Assembly (NCBI GenBank): GCA_046482735.1
Contig: JAWOEL010000130.1
Span: 19,796 to 83,795 of the forward strand
Length of the DNA stretch: 64,000 nt
Reading direction: 5' to 3'
Origin: Bacteroidales bacterium
GTDB lineage: Bacteria; Bacteroidota; Bacteroidia; Bacteroidales; UBA1715
Part shown: positions 8,562-17,870 of the stretch, one piece after another
How the letters are laid out: every line of letters begins with the position of its first letter
Position numbering within the stretch: the stretch's first letter is position 1
Translations under genes and position numbers: made by a program
The notes under the pieces: model-generated
Seen by the model: the letters and a program-made list of their open reading frames with translations, nothing else
The model's database searches: none
What the model was told of the DNA's origin: nothing

Positions 8562-11500
8562 ATGAACACGAATTTTTTTACTCATGTTATGAGTATCCTT
8601 ATCTGTTTACTCTCAACATTCAGTTATGCACAAACAAGCTCAAATGAAGATTCTACCGGAGTCATTATTTTTGAAGATCCTGATTTTACCGGACTTCCAC
8701 AAGGTCAAAACATGGATTCCTTACGGAATTTATACGAATCGTTTCCACAGCAACATTTACTTAAAAGTGGAGAAACACGAACACTTCCGGTAGTTGTACA
8801 CGTTATACACGACGGAACTGTAGGAGAAATTTCGGACACTCAAATTGCAGAAGGTATTGAATATATTAATCAAGCATTTGGCGGATATGATTACTATAAT
8901 GAAAGTACTGAAACAAATATTCAGTTTCAATTAGCAGAAATAGATCCTGACGGAAACCCCACTAACGGAATTACACGCACAGAATCATCATTAACTAATA
9001 TGGATATGACAACTACAGGGTACTATCCTCAGGACGATTTACCACTTAAAAATTTATCGCGATGGAATCCGCACGATTACATTAACATATGGTTAGTTAA
9101 TAGTATTTGTTCCGGATTCGATTGTGATGTTGCCGGATATGCATATATGCCAACCGCTCTCAATAATATTCCTTTAAGAGACGGTATAGTAGTTGAATCT
9201 CAGTATTTTGGTTCTACAGCACAAAACACAAGCCTTGTTATTCACGAAATCGGCCATTATCTCGGTCTTTTACATACATTCGAAGGAGGTTGTGAAAATG
9301 ATGATTGCAGTGTTGACGGCGACATGGTGTGTGACACTCCACCACAATATAATAATGGTAATTCAGGATATTACTCTTGTTCATCAGGAAACAACACCTG
9401 TTCTACAGATGCCGATGACCAATCAACAGAAAACCCATATCGCCCTGTTGCTCTTGGTGGTCTTGGTGATGTTCCGGACATAAAACAGAATTTTATGGAT
9501 TATAGTTATACATTCTGTTATAGTTCATTTACAAATGGTCAGGGACAAAGAATGAATAAGACAATTTCAAATATTCGATACGAGTTGCTCTCATCTCCGG
9601 GAATTTTAGATTGCACGACACCAATTTCTGTATCTCTTGAATGGCCTGCCGAAGAAATAACTGCAGGAGATTCTTTTACTATTACAAACAACACAACCGG
9701 AGCATCATCATACGAATGGTATATTAATGATGTATTTGTTCACTCACAAGAAAATTTTGACTATACAGCAAATGAAACCGGCCCATTTACCATAACACTT
9801 ATTGCATCAAACGATGACGAAGGATGTATCGAAGAAGAATCATATACTTTTTCTGTTACCTGTCCTGTCGAAGCATCATTTACCTACACAAGTTTAAAAA
9901 CAACACCTCATACCCCACTTACATTCACCAATACAAGCTCTAATGCTAGCTCATATTCATGGTTAGTTAATGATACAGAAGTTTCAACAGAAGAGGATTT
10001 TACATTTACGCCAAGCGAAACCGGTGTGTTTTCAGTTAATTTAATCGCATCAAATGGATTATGCGAAATTGCTGCTCAAAAAGTGCTAATTACCGTGCAA
10101 AGTGCATTACTTCCGCAAGCGGGTATTCCGGTGTGGCCACTTATGCCAAAAGAATCTAACAATGCAGTAACTGTTGATTTTAGAAATGTTCCAGCAGAAG
10201 TAGAAACTTTTTCCGCTGACGAGTCTGAAGATAAAAATGGAGCTGCCGCTGCTTCTTACGATAATTGCGGAAATTTAATGTTCTACGCAATTCATGATGG
10301 AACCAGCAATCCAAACAGTATTCAATTATATACAGCTGAAGGCACAAAACTTACCACCGAAGGTTTAAATGGGATACGTGCCTGTGATATACATATAGTA
10401 AAAGTTCCGGAAACAAATTATGAATGGTACATTATTTACAAAGAATGGACTGATGAAATAAAAACATATAATACAGAAACTTTTACTCCAACAAACTGGG
10501 TGTATAGTCGTGTGTTATATAACGGAGGAGATATTATCGATTTTCAGGAAAAAGATAAACCTCTTGTATTAGCAGATAGTTCTCAGACAACATATACAAC
10601 TGCTGCTGCAGTTTCAAGAACTGTTCCCGGAACACCAAATGCTCATTATTTATATTTAATGCAACGTTCATGGGATAATCCTACAATTCAATTACACAGA
10701 TATATTATTACCAATAATGATATTACATTCGATACATCAACCGGAGATATAAATTATGGATGGGCTGATGTTTCATGTACAATGGTTGATGCAAAATTAA
10801 ATCCTGAAGAAGATATGGTTGTTTTCACAAGCAGAAATTATTCAACATCTCAAAATGATATTCTGTTTATGAATTGCGAAGAATTTAATAACAACCCAGA
10901 AAATCACAGAGTGTTTGCTCTTGGCGACCAACTCATGCAAAACAATAACGATGACTGGGTTGTTGCAAATAGCGTAATTAACGATATTGGCAAAAGTGTT
11001 TCATACTTTGATTTTAGTCCAAACGGTAAATTTATATTCTTTATTAGTGGTGGGAACCAAGCACGTAGAAGTTCGTATGTAAATTACCTGACACAATTGG
11101 AAATTCCGGATAGCGTATACGATTCTCAAGATTTATGCTACGTAAAAGTACAAATACAAACAGGACAATCAAGTTTAGGTGATATTTCTTCGGCATACGA
11201 TGGGAATCTCTATTTCACTAAACAAACCTTTAATCAATCACAAGATAAAAAGCTGTACGTTATACCGGAACATATTGCTGATTCATATATAGAACAAAAT
11301 ATAAATCCCGGCTCATTAAACTTTAGTACGTCAGAACATCCAAATATTGATATACCTTCTGGCGATGGTATAACTCAACTACCGACACAAATAAGCGGAT
11401 ATAATTATCTGAAAGATGATGCTGTTAACACACATGTTGCTATCAATGCAATAGGATGTGATGGAGATTGTGCAGAAAATTCGTTCACTATAGATGTTTT

Positions 11501-13841
11501 CGAAACAGCATCTAAAATTACCGTTGGCACATTCAATGTAGACAGCTGTATTACAGAAATTAATTTCTGTGCAGATTATAATACATCATATTCAATCCGT
11601 GAACATCTAACAAATTCAGTATTTACCGATGCTATTATCAATGGTGAGGTTCATTATCCAAACAATGATGATACGTTTGTATTTGTTGTTGAAACAGATT
11701 GCGACTCTCTCTGCACATCAATGGATTTAGCAATCGATACCATACGTCAAAACTGTGACACTACAGGGGTTGAACTATCAATAGATATTACAAACACCGG
11801 CACGTCACGTATGGAATCTTCTGTGCCTTTTACTGTTTATGCTCCTGATTATGAAAGCATTGTCTACACAGACACTATACATCAAACAATTGAAATTAAC
11901 GAAACAATTACCCTTTCAGCAGATGTTCCACGTACAGAAAACAGCACTTTTTTAATACATTTAAATGATGATGGAAACTTTATGTCTCAAGGTTATCCGG
12001 TAACTGATATAGTAGAATGTGACTACACAAACAATACAGATTCAATTACAGTATCATATCCATATCTGACACTTAATTTAGGCAATGATACAACAATATG
12101 TCACAATTCAACACTGATTATTGAAGCTCCACAAGGTTTTGAATCACACGTATGGCTAAATTCATACAGTACATCTCCAACCTATCAGGTATTTAGACAA
12201 GAACGTGTATTTATTGAAGCAACTGATGCCTGTGGCTCAGTATACGAAGATGATATGCTTGTTACAGTTTACGATACGATTGTTGACTTATACTCTGATG
12301 TTACAATTTGCAACGACTCAAGTGATGTATATGAAATAATTCTGACTAATCATGAAGACACGAGCATTACACCAAATATTGGTATCACACGAACCGGTAA
12401 TGGGTTTATTTTTAATCCGAATGAAACCACAACCTATATTATGCATTTTACCGGTGAAAACGGTTGTGTAGTAGAAGATTCTTTTACTGTTTTTGTTGAA
12501 GAATGTGGCCCGTCATGCACTGTCGATGCAGGAGAAGATGTAACAATCTGTAATGGGTCTTCAACAACCCTTACTGCAACGAATACTGATTGTAATGAAG
12601 GTTCTTCATTATGTTCTGAACCTGTATCACCAAATGTGAGTTGCGACAATGCATCACACTCTATCAGTGGAAATGCTTGGGAAAACATTACTGATACTAT
12701 AGCTGTTCCATCTGGAGAAGAATTTACCGGCGGTATTAATATGAATGGAGGTACACTCATCATTTGTGGTAATTTTAATCCGCACAACATCAATTTCAAT
12801 TCCGGTTCTATCATTGTATTAGGTTCAGCTGACATTTCTAATATGAACATGAATAATACTCAATCAACATTTGAAAATTATGGAACTGTTAATTTTGAAA
12901 ATGCAACATGGAATGGTTCAGTAATTAACCATGGTGATATGGCATTTAATAATGATTGTAATATCAACAATACACAAGCTACTCTTAATAATACAGGGAA
13001 TTTAATTATAGAACAAAGTTTTACCAACAATGGTATCTTAGATAACTCGGGCTCTATTACGGTAAAAAATTCATTCCGTAATAATTCTGAAGGACAGATT
13101 ACCAGTGTATGTGAAATTGTAGTTTCAAACGAATTCCATAATAATGGTACATTCTCTAATCAAGGTGTTATTACTGTTGATCAAACTACTTATATTAACG
13201 GTTCAGGAACTACACATATGTTAGCAGGAAGTTTGCTTTCTACAGCTAATATATATGTAAACGCTCCTATTACCGGAGATACTAATGAGTGTGCATTAAT
13301 AGAAGTTTCGGGTATAACTACCTTAAACAGTAATACCAATTTTGAAGGTAATATCTCATTATGCGATGCAAATGGTATTGAAACAAATAATATAAATTAT
13401 ATTTCCGATTGCTCATGTGGGGCAAATGGAAACACATCGCAACTTTCATTCTCATGGACTCCGGAAGCCGGATTGGAATCAACATCAGGTATGCAAACTG
13501 TTGCTGCTCCTACAACAACTACAACATACACTGTAGAGGTTATTGATGCTGACGGCAACACTTCTACAGATAACATAACAGTTACTGTTGAAGATTGTCC
13601 TAACCCTGTTGAAGTATTTCCAAATCCATACACGGAATATATTGACATAATTATTCATACTAAAGAAAATACGAGTGCAACTGTTACAATCAATGGTATG
13701 AATGGGGGAACATATTACTGGAACGATGCTGTTCCTACAAATGAAACATTCAGAATATACCCTCCTGAAAATACGGGATCGTACATATTGCACGTTACTA
13801 CGCCGGAACTTACCGAACAGGTAACTATCTTTAAAAAATAA
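8562..13841 (+). CDS. Giant secreted mosaic protein: M43 (pappalysin/cytophagalysin-like) zinc metalloprotease + PKD-like domains + unassigned central region + CARDB-like domain + Asn-rich repeats + T9SS C-terminal sorting domain
   Basis: Signal peptide MNTNFFTHVMSILICLLSTFSYAQ. VVVHVIHDG, HEIGHYLGLLHTF and DMVCDTPP form an HExxHxxGxxH zincin of M43 type. Two PKD-like repeats (ITNNTTGASSYEWYINDV / FTNTSSNASSYSWLVNDT). C-terminus VEVFPNPYTEYIDIIIH...YILHVTT...VTIFKK is a T9SS CTD. Confidence 0.85.
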   Translation: MNTNFFTHVMSILICLLSTFSYAQTSSNEDSTGVIIFEDPDFTGLPQGQNMDSLRNLYESFPQQHLLKSGETRTLPVVVHVIHDGTVGEISDTQIAEGIEYINQAFGGYDYYNESTETNIQFQLAEIDPDGNPTNGITRTESSLTNMDMTTTGYYPQDDLPLKNLSRWNPHDYINIWLVNSICSGFDCDVAGYAYMPTALNNIPLRDGIVVESQYFGSTAQNTSLVIHEIGHYLGLLHTFEGGCENDDCSVDGDMVCDTPPQYNNGNSGYYSCSSGNNTCSTDADDQSTENPYRPVALGGLGDVPDIKQNFMDYSYTFCYSSFTNGQGQRMNKTISNIRYELLSSPGILDCTTPISVSLEWPAEEITAGDSFTITNNTTGASSYEWYINDVFVHSQENFDYTANETGPFTITLIASNDDEGCIEEESYTFSVTCPVEASFTYTSLKTTPHTPLTFTNTSSNASSYSWLVNDTEVSTEEDFTFTPSETGVFSVNLIASNGLCEIAAQKVLITVQSALLPQAGIPVWPLMPKESNNAVTVDFRNVPAEVETFSADESEDKNGAAAASYDNCGNLMFYAIHDGTSNPNSIQLYTAEGTKLTTEGLNGIRACDIHIVKVPETNYEWYIIYKEWTDEIKTYNTETFTPTNWVYSRVLYNGGDIIDFQEKDKPLVLADSSQTTYTTAAAVSRTVPGTPNAHYLYLMQRSWDNPTIQLHRYIITNNDITFDTSTGDINYGWADVSCTMVDAKLNPEEDMVVFTSRNYSTSQNDILFMNCEEFNNNPENHRVFALGDQLMQNNNDDWVVANSVINDIGKSVSYFDFSPNGKFIFFISGGNQARRSSYVNYLTQLEIPDSVYDSQDLCYVKVQIQTGQSSLGDISSAYDGNLYFTKQTFNQSQDKKLYVIPEHIADSYIEQNINPGSLNFSTSEHPNIDIPSGDGITQLPTQISGYNYLKDDAVNTHVAINAIGCDGDCAENSFTIDVFETASKITVGTFNVDSCITEINFCADYNTSYSIREHLTNSVFTDAIINGEVHYPNNDDTFVFVVETDCDSLCTSMDLAIDTIRQNCDTTGVELSIDITNTGTSRMESSVPFTVYAPDYESIVYTDTIHQTIEINETITLSADVPRTENSTFLIHLNDDGNFMSQGYPVTDIVECDYTNNTDSITVSYPYLTLNLGNDTTICHNSTLIIEAPQGFESHVWLNSYSTSPTYQVFRQERVFIEATDACGSVYEDDMLVTVYDTIVDLYSDVTICNDSSDVYEIILTNHEDTSITPNIGITRTGNGFIFNPNETTTYIMHFTGENGCVVEDSFTVFVEECGPSCTVDAGEDVTICNGSSTTLTATNTDCNEGSSLCSEPVSPNVSCDNASHSISGNAWENITDTIAVPSGEEFTGGINMNGGTLIICGNFNPHNINFNSGSIIVLGSADISNMNMNNTQSTFENYGTVNFENATWNGSVINHGDMAFNNDCNINNTQATLNNTGNLIIEQSFTNNGILDNSGSITVKNSFRNNSEGQITSVCEIVVSNEFHNNGTFSNQGVITVDQTTYINGSGTTHMLAGSLLSTANIYVNAPITGDTNECALIEVSGITTLNSNTNFEGNISLCDANGIETNNINYISDCSCGANGNTSQLSFSWTPEAGLESTSGMQTVAAPTTTTTYTVEVIDADGNTSTDNITVTVEDCPNPVEVFPNPYTEYIDIIIHTKENTSATVTINGMNGGTYYWNDAVPTNETFRIYPPENTGSYILHVTTPELTEQVTIFKK

Positions 13842-13864
13842 TTCGGTAATAATAATCTATCTAC

Positions 13865-13909
13865 AAAAGGGGTCAAATATGCTTGAACATATGTTGACCC
13901 CTTTTTTTT
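13865..13909 (+). terminator. Rho-independent terminator of the giant gene
   Basis: GGGGTCAA(A)ATATG-CTTGAA-CATAT(G)TTGACCCC gives a 13-bp stem, followed by TTTTTTTT (13902-13909). Confidence 0.85.
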
Positions 13910-13966
13910 ATGTACATATTGTACCTGTTGTATAATATAAAATCATTTCACAAAATAGAATGGGTG

Positions 13967-13996
13967 TTTGTATTCACGTCATATTTTGTATTTTTG
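13967..13996 (+). promoter_or_regulatory. Candidate -33/-7 promoter of the 14033-20138 cluster
   Basis: TTTG at 13967-13970 and TATTTTTG at 13989-13996. The spacer is 18 nt, one short of the canonical 19-21. It lies 37 nt upstream of the ATG at 14033. Confidence 0.4.
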
Positions 13997-14032
13997 GAAT
14001 AATTATTGTTTTATAACTGGAAAAATCACTTT

Positions 14033-15550
14033 ATGTTACGTTTCAATATTATAGTATTTGTACCTCTCATTCTTCTATTTTTCTCATGCACTAATTCATC
14101 AAAAAAATCAGTTTCAGTTTCTGAGCATTCTTCATCTCTTGCAGGATATTCACAATCCACAATAGATGCATATTCTCATGCAGTTATTGCAGAACGTATA
14201 TCGGCTACAAACACAGCTCCCCCCACCTATCAACATAGCGTTTATAATGTGTTGGATAACAATAAAAAAACCGCGTGGCAAACTCCTCAAAAAAGTGGGT
14301 TGAATGAAGGAATTATGATTCATTTTCCTAAAAAAAAGGTGTTTTCATTTATCCGTATTTCTCAAAAAAAAGCTCAGAAGCATGCGACTATTAAAGCATG
14401 CGACATTTTTATAAACGGAAAAAAACAAGAAAACAAAGCTGTTCCAAACACGCTCTTTCCCATAAAATCTGCGGTACAATCCTTATTTATTCGCATTACT
14501 GATTGTGCCGAAACTATTCATATAAATACACCATACAAGGGTGATGATTCAGAAATGATATATAAATCATATCTTCCGGATTCTCTCAATATTGCAGTTT
14601 CTGAAATAGAGTTTTTTGATGCTGATACTAATAAAATTACCGTACTCCCACCATTGAGAAAAAAATGCACAGTACGTGCTTCTTCTACTTTAACACCGAA
14701 ACGTGCATATTCTATAGAAAATATTATTGACAATAAAACTGATTTTTGCTGGGCAGAAGGTAATAAAAACACATCGGGAACTGACGAGCATATAACATTT
14801 ACCTTCACCGATACTGTACATATCAACAACATAGCTTTGTGGAACGGATATCAACGTTCTCAAAGTCATTTTAAAAATAATGCACGGGCAGCTCGCATTA
14901 GTTTCAAAGAAAAAAATGGTGATACATATTCTTTTCCTCTTGAAGATTCTCCTGAAAAACAAGTGTTTTCCTTACCAAAAATTCTTCACGGCACAACATT
15001 TACTCTTACCATTGATAGTGTTTTCCCGGGTAAAAAATATACTGATTTAGCATTGAGCGAAATATTATTTTATTATCAGAATATTCCAATAAAACCGATA
15101 AACAGTTCTGTTGACAGTCTTCATACACACTCATTATCAATACCAAACAAACAACTACAATCTGTACTCAACAGAAATATACATTACGGATATGCTATAG
15201 AACAAAATAGTTCACACTATACTACAAAATCTTTTTTGCTCCGTTCCAATTACAGTTTTGTGTCATATAACGAAAATAAATTGATACAAACAGGTTGGGC
15301 AACCAATTTCAAAAAAGCAACTCAAATAGCTGAAGGTGGTTGGGAATATATTTCCGGTAATGATTCTCAAGCAACAATCCGTATTTTTGGTAAAATGTAC
15401 ACATCTTCATATAAAAAAAATGTATATACCGGTATTGCTGAGCAAGATAATACAAATATCTTTCAGGATTATATTACAATAACAGATTCAACTATTGAAG
15501 GAAAAACATACATTGAAGGGGAAATTGAATTACCATGGCACACAAATTAA
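14033..15550 (+). CDS. Lipoprotein, paralog A: two discoidin/F5-8-type-C-like modules + conserved C-terminal domain of unknown function
   Basis: MLRFNIIVFVPLILLFFSC lipobox. YNVLDNNKKTAWQTP ... SEIEFFD and DNKTDFCWAEG ... ALWNGYQRSQSHFKNNARAARISF ... YTDLALSEILFY. C-terminus AEGGWEYISGNDSQATIRIFGKMYTS. The track start 14006 is a TTG that lies too close to the promoter motif. Confidence 0.8.
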   Translation: MLRFNIIVFVPLILLFFSCTNSSKKSVSVSEHSSSLAGYSQSTIDAYSHAVIAERISATNTAPPTYQHSVYNVLDNNKKTAWQTPQKSGLNEGIMIHFPKKKVFSFIRISQKKAQKHATIKACDIFINGKKQENKAVPNTLFPIKSAVQSLFIRITDCAETIHINTPYKGDDSEMIYKSYLPDSLNIAVSEIEFFDADTNKITVLPPLRKKCTVRASSTLTPKRAYSIENIIDNKTDFCWAEGNKNTSGTDEHITFTFTDTVHINNIALWNGYQRSQSHFKNNARAARISFKEKNGDTYSFPLEDSPEKQVFSLPKILHGTTFTLTIDSVFPGKKYTDLALSEILFYYQNIPIKPINSSVDSLHTHSLSIPNKQLQSVLNRNIHYGYAIEQNSSHYTTKSFLLRSNYSFVSYNENKLIQTGWATNFKKATQIAEGGWEYISGNDSQATIRIFGKMYTSSYKKNVYTGIAEQDNTNIFQDYITITDSTIEGKTYIEGEIELPWHTN

Positions 15551-17157
15551 CAATTACCTGCATATTTTTTTATAGTTTCTGCATAATAGGATGCACTCCG
15601 AATAATTCGGATAGTAATACAGAAACACAAACTGCTCAGGACACGTTGCAATCTCAAGAAAAAAAACGTATAATACCGGACTCCGTACACAATGCCTACA
15701 AAAAAAATGTAGTTATTGAAGGAATGTATGCGACAAATACTGCTTTACCGATAGAAAAAAATGCCATATATAATTTATTTGACAATGATACAACAACATA
15801 CTGGCAAACACCAGACGGCAGTTCTGTTGGTGAAGGATTACTGTTTTATTTTTCTGAACCGATAAATCTCTGTTACATTACCATAAAAGGCACATCTTAT
15901 CCGGATACGAACAGACTGGAAATTATAAGTTGTGTTATATATCAAAACGGTAGAAAGTTTAACAAGTTTATATATCCGAAAAATGAGAAACACGAATCCA
16001 CAGGTAAAATTATGAATTTACCACAAAACGAACCACAAGAAAAAATAACAAAAAATGTATATATCAGGATAAATACATGTTCGCAAAAACAACAAAAGTT
16101 TCTTTTTAAATTTGATGAGAAAGAATATTGGACAAATAAATATGGGAAAGAATACTCAAACTTTTATCCCGAAAAATCATACATACAGATTTCAGAAATT
16201 AGATTTTTAGATAAAAACAAAGATACAATTCAAGTATTACCTCCTCTTTACGAAACATGCAAAGTAACAGCTTCTTCTGTTTTAGAACCATCACGTTCTT
16301 ACAGTCCGGAACAATTGTTCGATTGTAACACAGGATTTGCATGGGCAGCAGAATATCCTGATTCTACGGAAAATCACACCATTACCTGCACATTCGATTC
16401 TGCTCAAACAATTACAAAATTTGCAATATGGAACGGATATCAACGCTCTCAGAGTCATTTTCAAAATAATTCTCGTGTTGCACGTTGTACGTTTGCGTCT
16501 GCAGATACATCATTCTCATGCTCTGTTTCAGATAAAAACGGAAAACAATATATTACATTACCCGAACCCCTGTACGGGAAGCAGTTTACAATAACACTTA
16601 CTGACTTTTATAAAGGAAAGCGATATAAGGATGTTGTAATTAGTGAAATACGATTTTTTAATCAATCTATTCCGATTATTCCGAAAACAGATTTTATAAC
16701 AACAAAAGTTAAAGATGCACATTCAATTAAAAGTAAGTATATACAAAAAGTTATGGATCGCTATGTTCACACCGGCGGTATTGATAGTTGGGAAGAGAAT
16801 TACAGTATAAATCAGCAACATTTTATAATACTCAGAAGTGATTTTACATTTGTTTATTACCGTGAACATGATATATCCAATGACGAAGACGGTGACTACA
16901 ACAAGGGAGCATTTAATATAAATTTCGATTCAAGAGATCATATTATTGCCGAAGGCGGATGGGAATTTCTCTCAGAAAATGACACCGCAGCATTCGTGCG
17001 TATTTTTGGTAAAATGTATACATCAAATAAAGTGTATAAAACATATATCAAAGAAGACGTTAAGCAAGTTACCAATATATTTCAGGATTCACTTACTATT
17101 ACAGATTCATATATACAAGGAACATCGTACATTCGAAAAATACATTTATTATGGTAA
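15535..17157 (+). CDS. Lipoprotein, paralog B of the preceding gene
   Basis: Signal/lipobox FCIIGC. Collinear motifs with paralog A: YNLFDNDTTTYWQTP, SEIRFLD, AIWNGYQRSQSHFQNNSRVARCTF, YKDVVISEIRFF, AEGGWEFLSENDTAAFVRIFGKMYTS, NIFQDSLTITDS. It overlaps A by 16 nt. Confidence 0.85.
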   Translation: MAHKLTITCIFFYSFCIIGCTPNNSDSNTETQTAQDTLQSQEKKRIIPDSVHNAYKKNVVIEGMYATNTALPIEKNAIYNLFDNDTTTYWQTPDGSSVGEGLLFYFSEPINLCYITIKGTSYPDTNRLEIISCVIYQNGRKFNKFIYPKNEKHESTGKIMNLPQNEPQEKITKNVYIRINTCSQKQQKFLFKFDEKEYWTNKYGKEYSNFYPEKSYIQISEIRFLDKNKDTIQVLPPLYETCKVTASSVLEPSRSYSPEQLFDCNTGFAWAAEYPDSTENHTITCTFDSAQTITKFAIWNGYQRSQSHFQNNSRVARCTFASADTSFSCSVSDKNGKQYITLPEPLYGKQFTITLTDFYKGKRYKDVVISEIRFFNQSIPIIPKTDFITTKVKDAHSIKSKYIQKVMDRYVHTGGIDSWEENYSINQQHFIILRSDFTFVYYREHDISNDEDGDYNKGAFNINFDSRDHIIAEGGWEFLSENDTAAFVRIFGKMYTSNKVYKTYIKEDVKQVTNIFQDSLTITDSYIQGTSYIRKIHLLW

Positions 17158-17870
17158 AATATATCTATCTTTCTTTTATTGCAGGAATATGTATTTCTTG
17201 TACAACAAATCAAAGCACAAAGCACCAGAACAATACAGCTGTTGATTCAATTATTTCAGATACTATAAACCAAAAAGATACAGTAGCACATAAAAAAACA
17301 ATACATATTGATACACTTTCAGACACTTCGTTTGTAAACATAAATCACTATTTACCCGATATTGCTCTCAATTTTGTCTATGCTGATACTACAAATTTTT
17401 TCGAAACAGCGGTATATCCCTGCGAGGAATGTCTCCTTCGAAAAGAAGTTGCAGAAGCTGTTGTTAAAGTCAACGATTATCTAGACAGTTTGGGGTATAC
17501 ACTCCAACTCATGGATTGTTACCGCCCCCTTTCAGTACAAAAATATATGTGGGACGTATTACCTGACGGACGTTACGTAGCAAACCCACATCGAGGAGGT
17601 TCTATACATAACCGGGGAGGAGCTGTTGATGCACGCTTATTGTACAAAAATGGCGATACCGTTCCTATGGGTACAGAATTTGACCATTTTGGGGAAAAAG
17701 CAGCTCACTCATACACACATCTTCCCGATTCTATTTTACAAAACAGAAAAACATTAAAAAATGCTATGGAACGTTTTGGTTTCCAACACTTACGAACAGA
17801 ATGGTGGCACTATTCATATCATAAAGCACGTTCGTATCCTATTGCACAAATTGATTTTTCATGCAAATAA
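17151..17870 (+). CDS. M15D (VanX/DdpX-type) D-Ala-D-Ala dipeptidase-like metallopeptidase with a lipoprotein signal
   Basis: SIHNRGGAVD fits SxHxxGxAxD and EWWHY fits ExWH, the VanX zinc and catalytic motifs. DCYRP is also present. The N-terminus is MVKYIYLSFIAGICISC. ATGGTAA overlap with the upstream stop. Confidence 0.8.
   Translation: MVKYIYLSFIAGICISCTTNQSTKHQNNTAVDSIISDTINQKDTVAHKKTIHIDTLSDTSFVNINHYLPDIALNFVYADTTNFFETAVYPCEECLLRKEVAEAVVKVNDYLDSLGYTLQLMDCYRPLSVQKYMWDVLPDGRYVANPHRGGSIHNRGGAVDARLLYKNGDTVPMGTEFDHFGEKAAHSYTHLPDSILQNRKTLKNAMERFGFQHLRTEWWHYSYHKARSYPIAQIDFSCK

Noticed and set aside
12434-13793. Three minus-strand ORFs (138, 83, 102 aa) inside the giant T9SS cargo gene
   Set aside because: They are antisense to a continuous 1,759-codon frame with recognisable domains. 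They are kept open by the repeat and Asn-codon composition.
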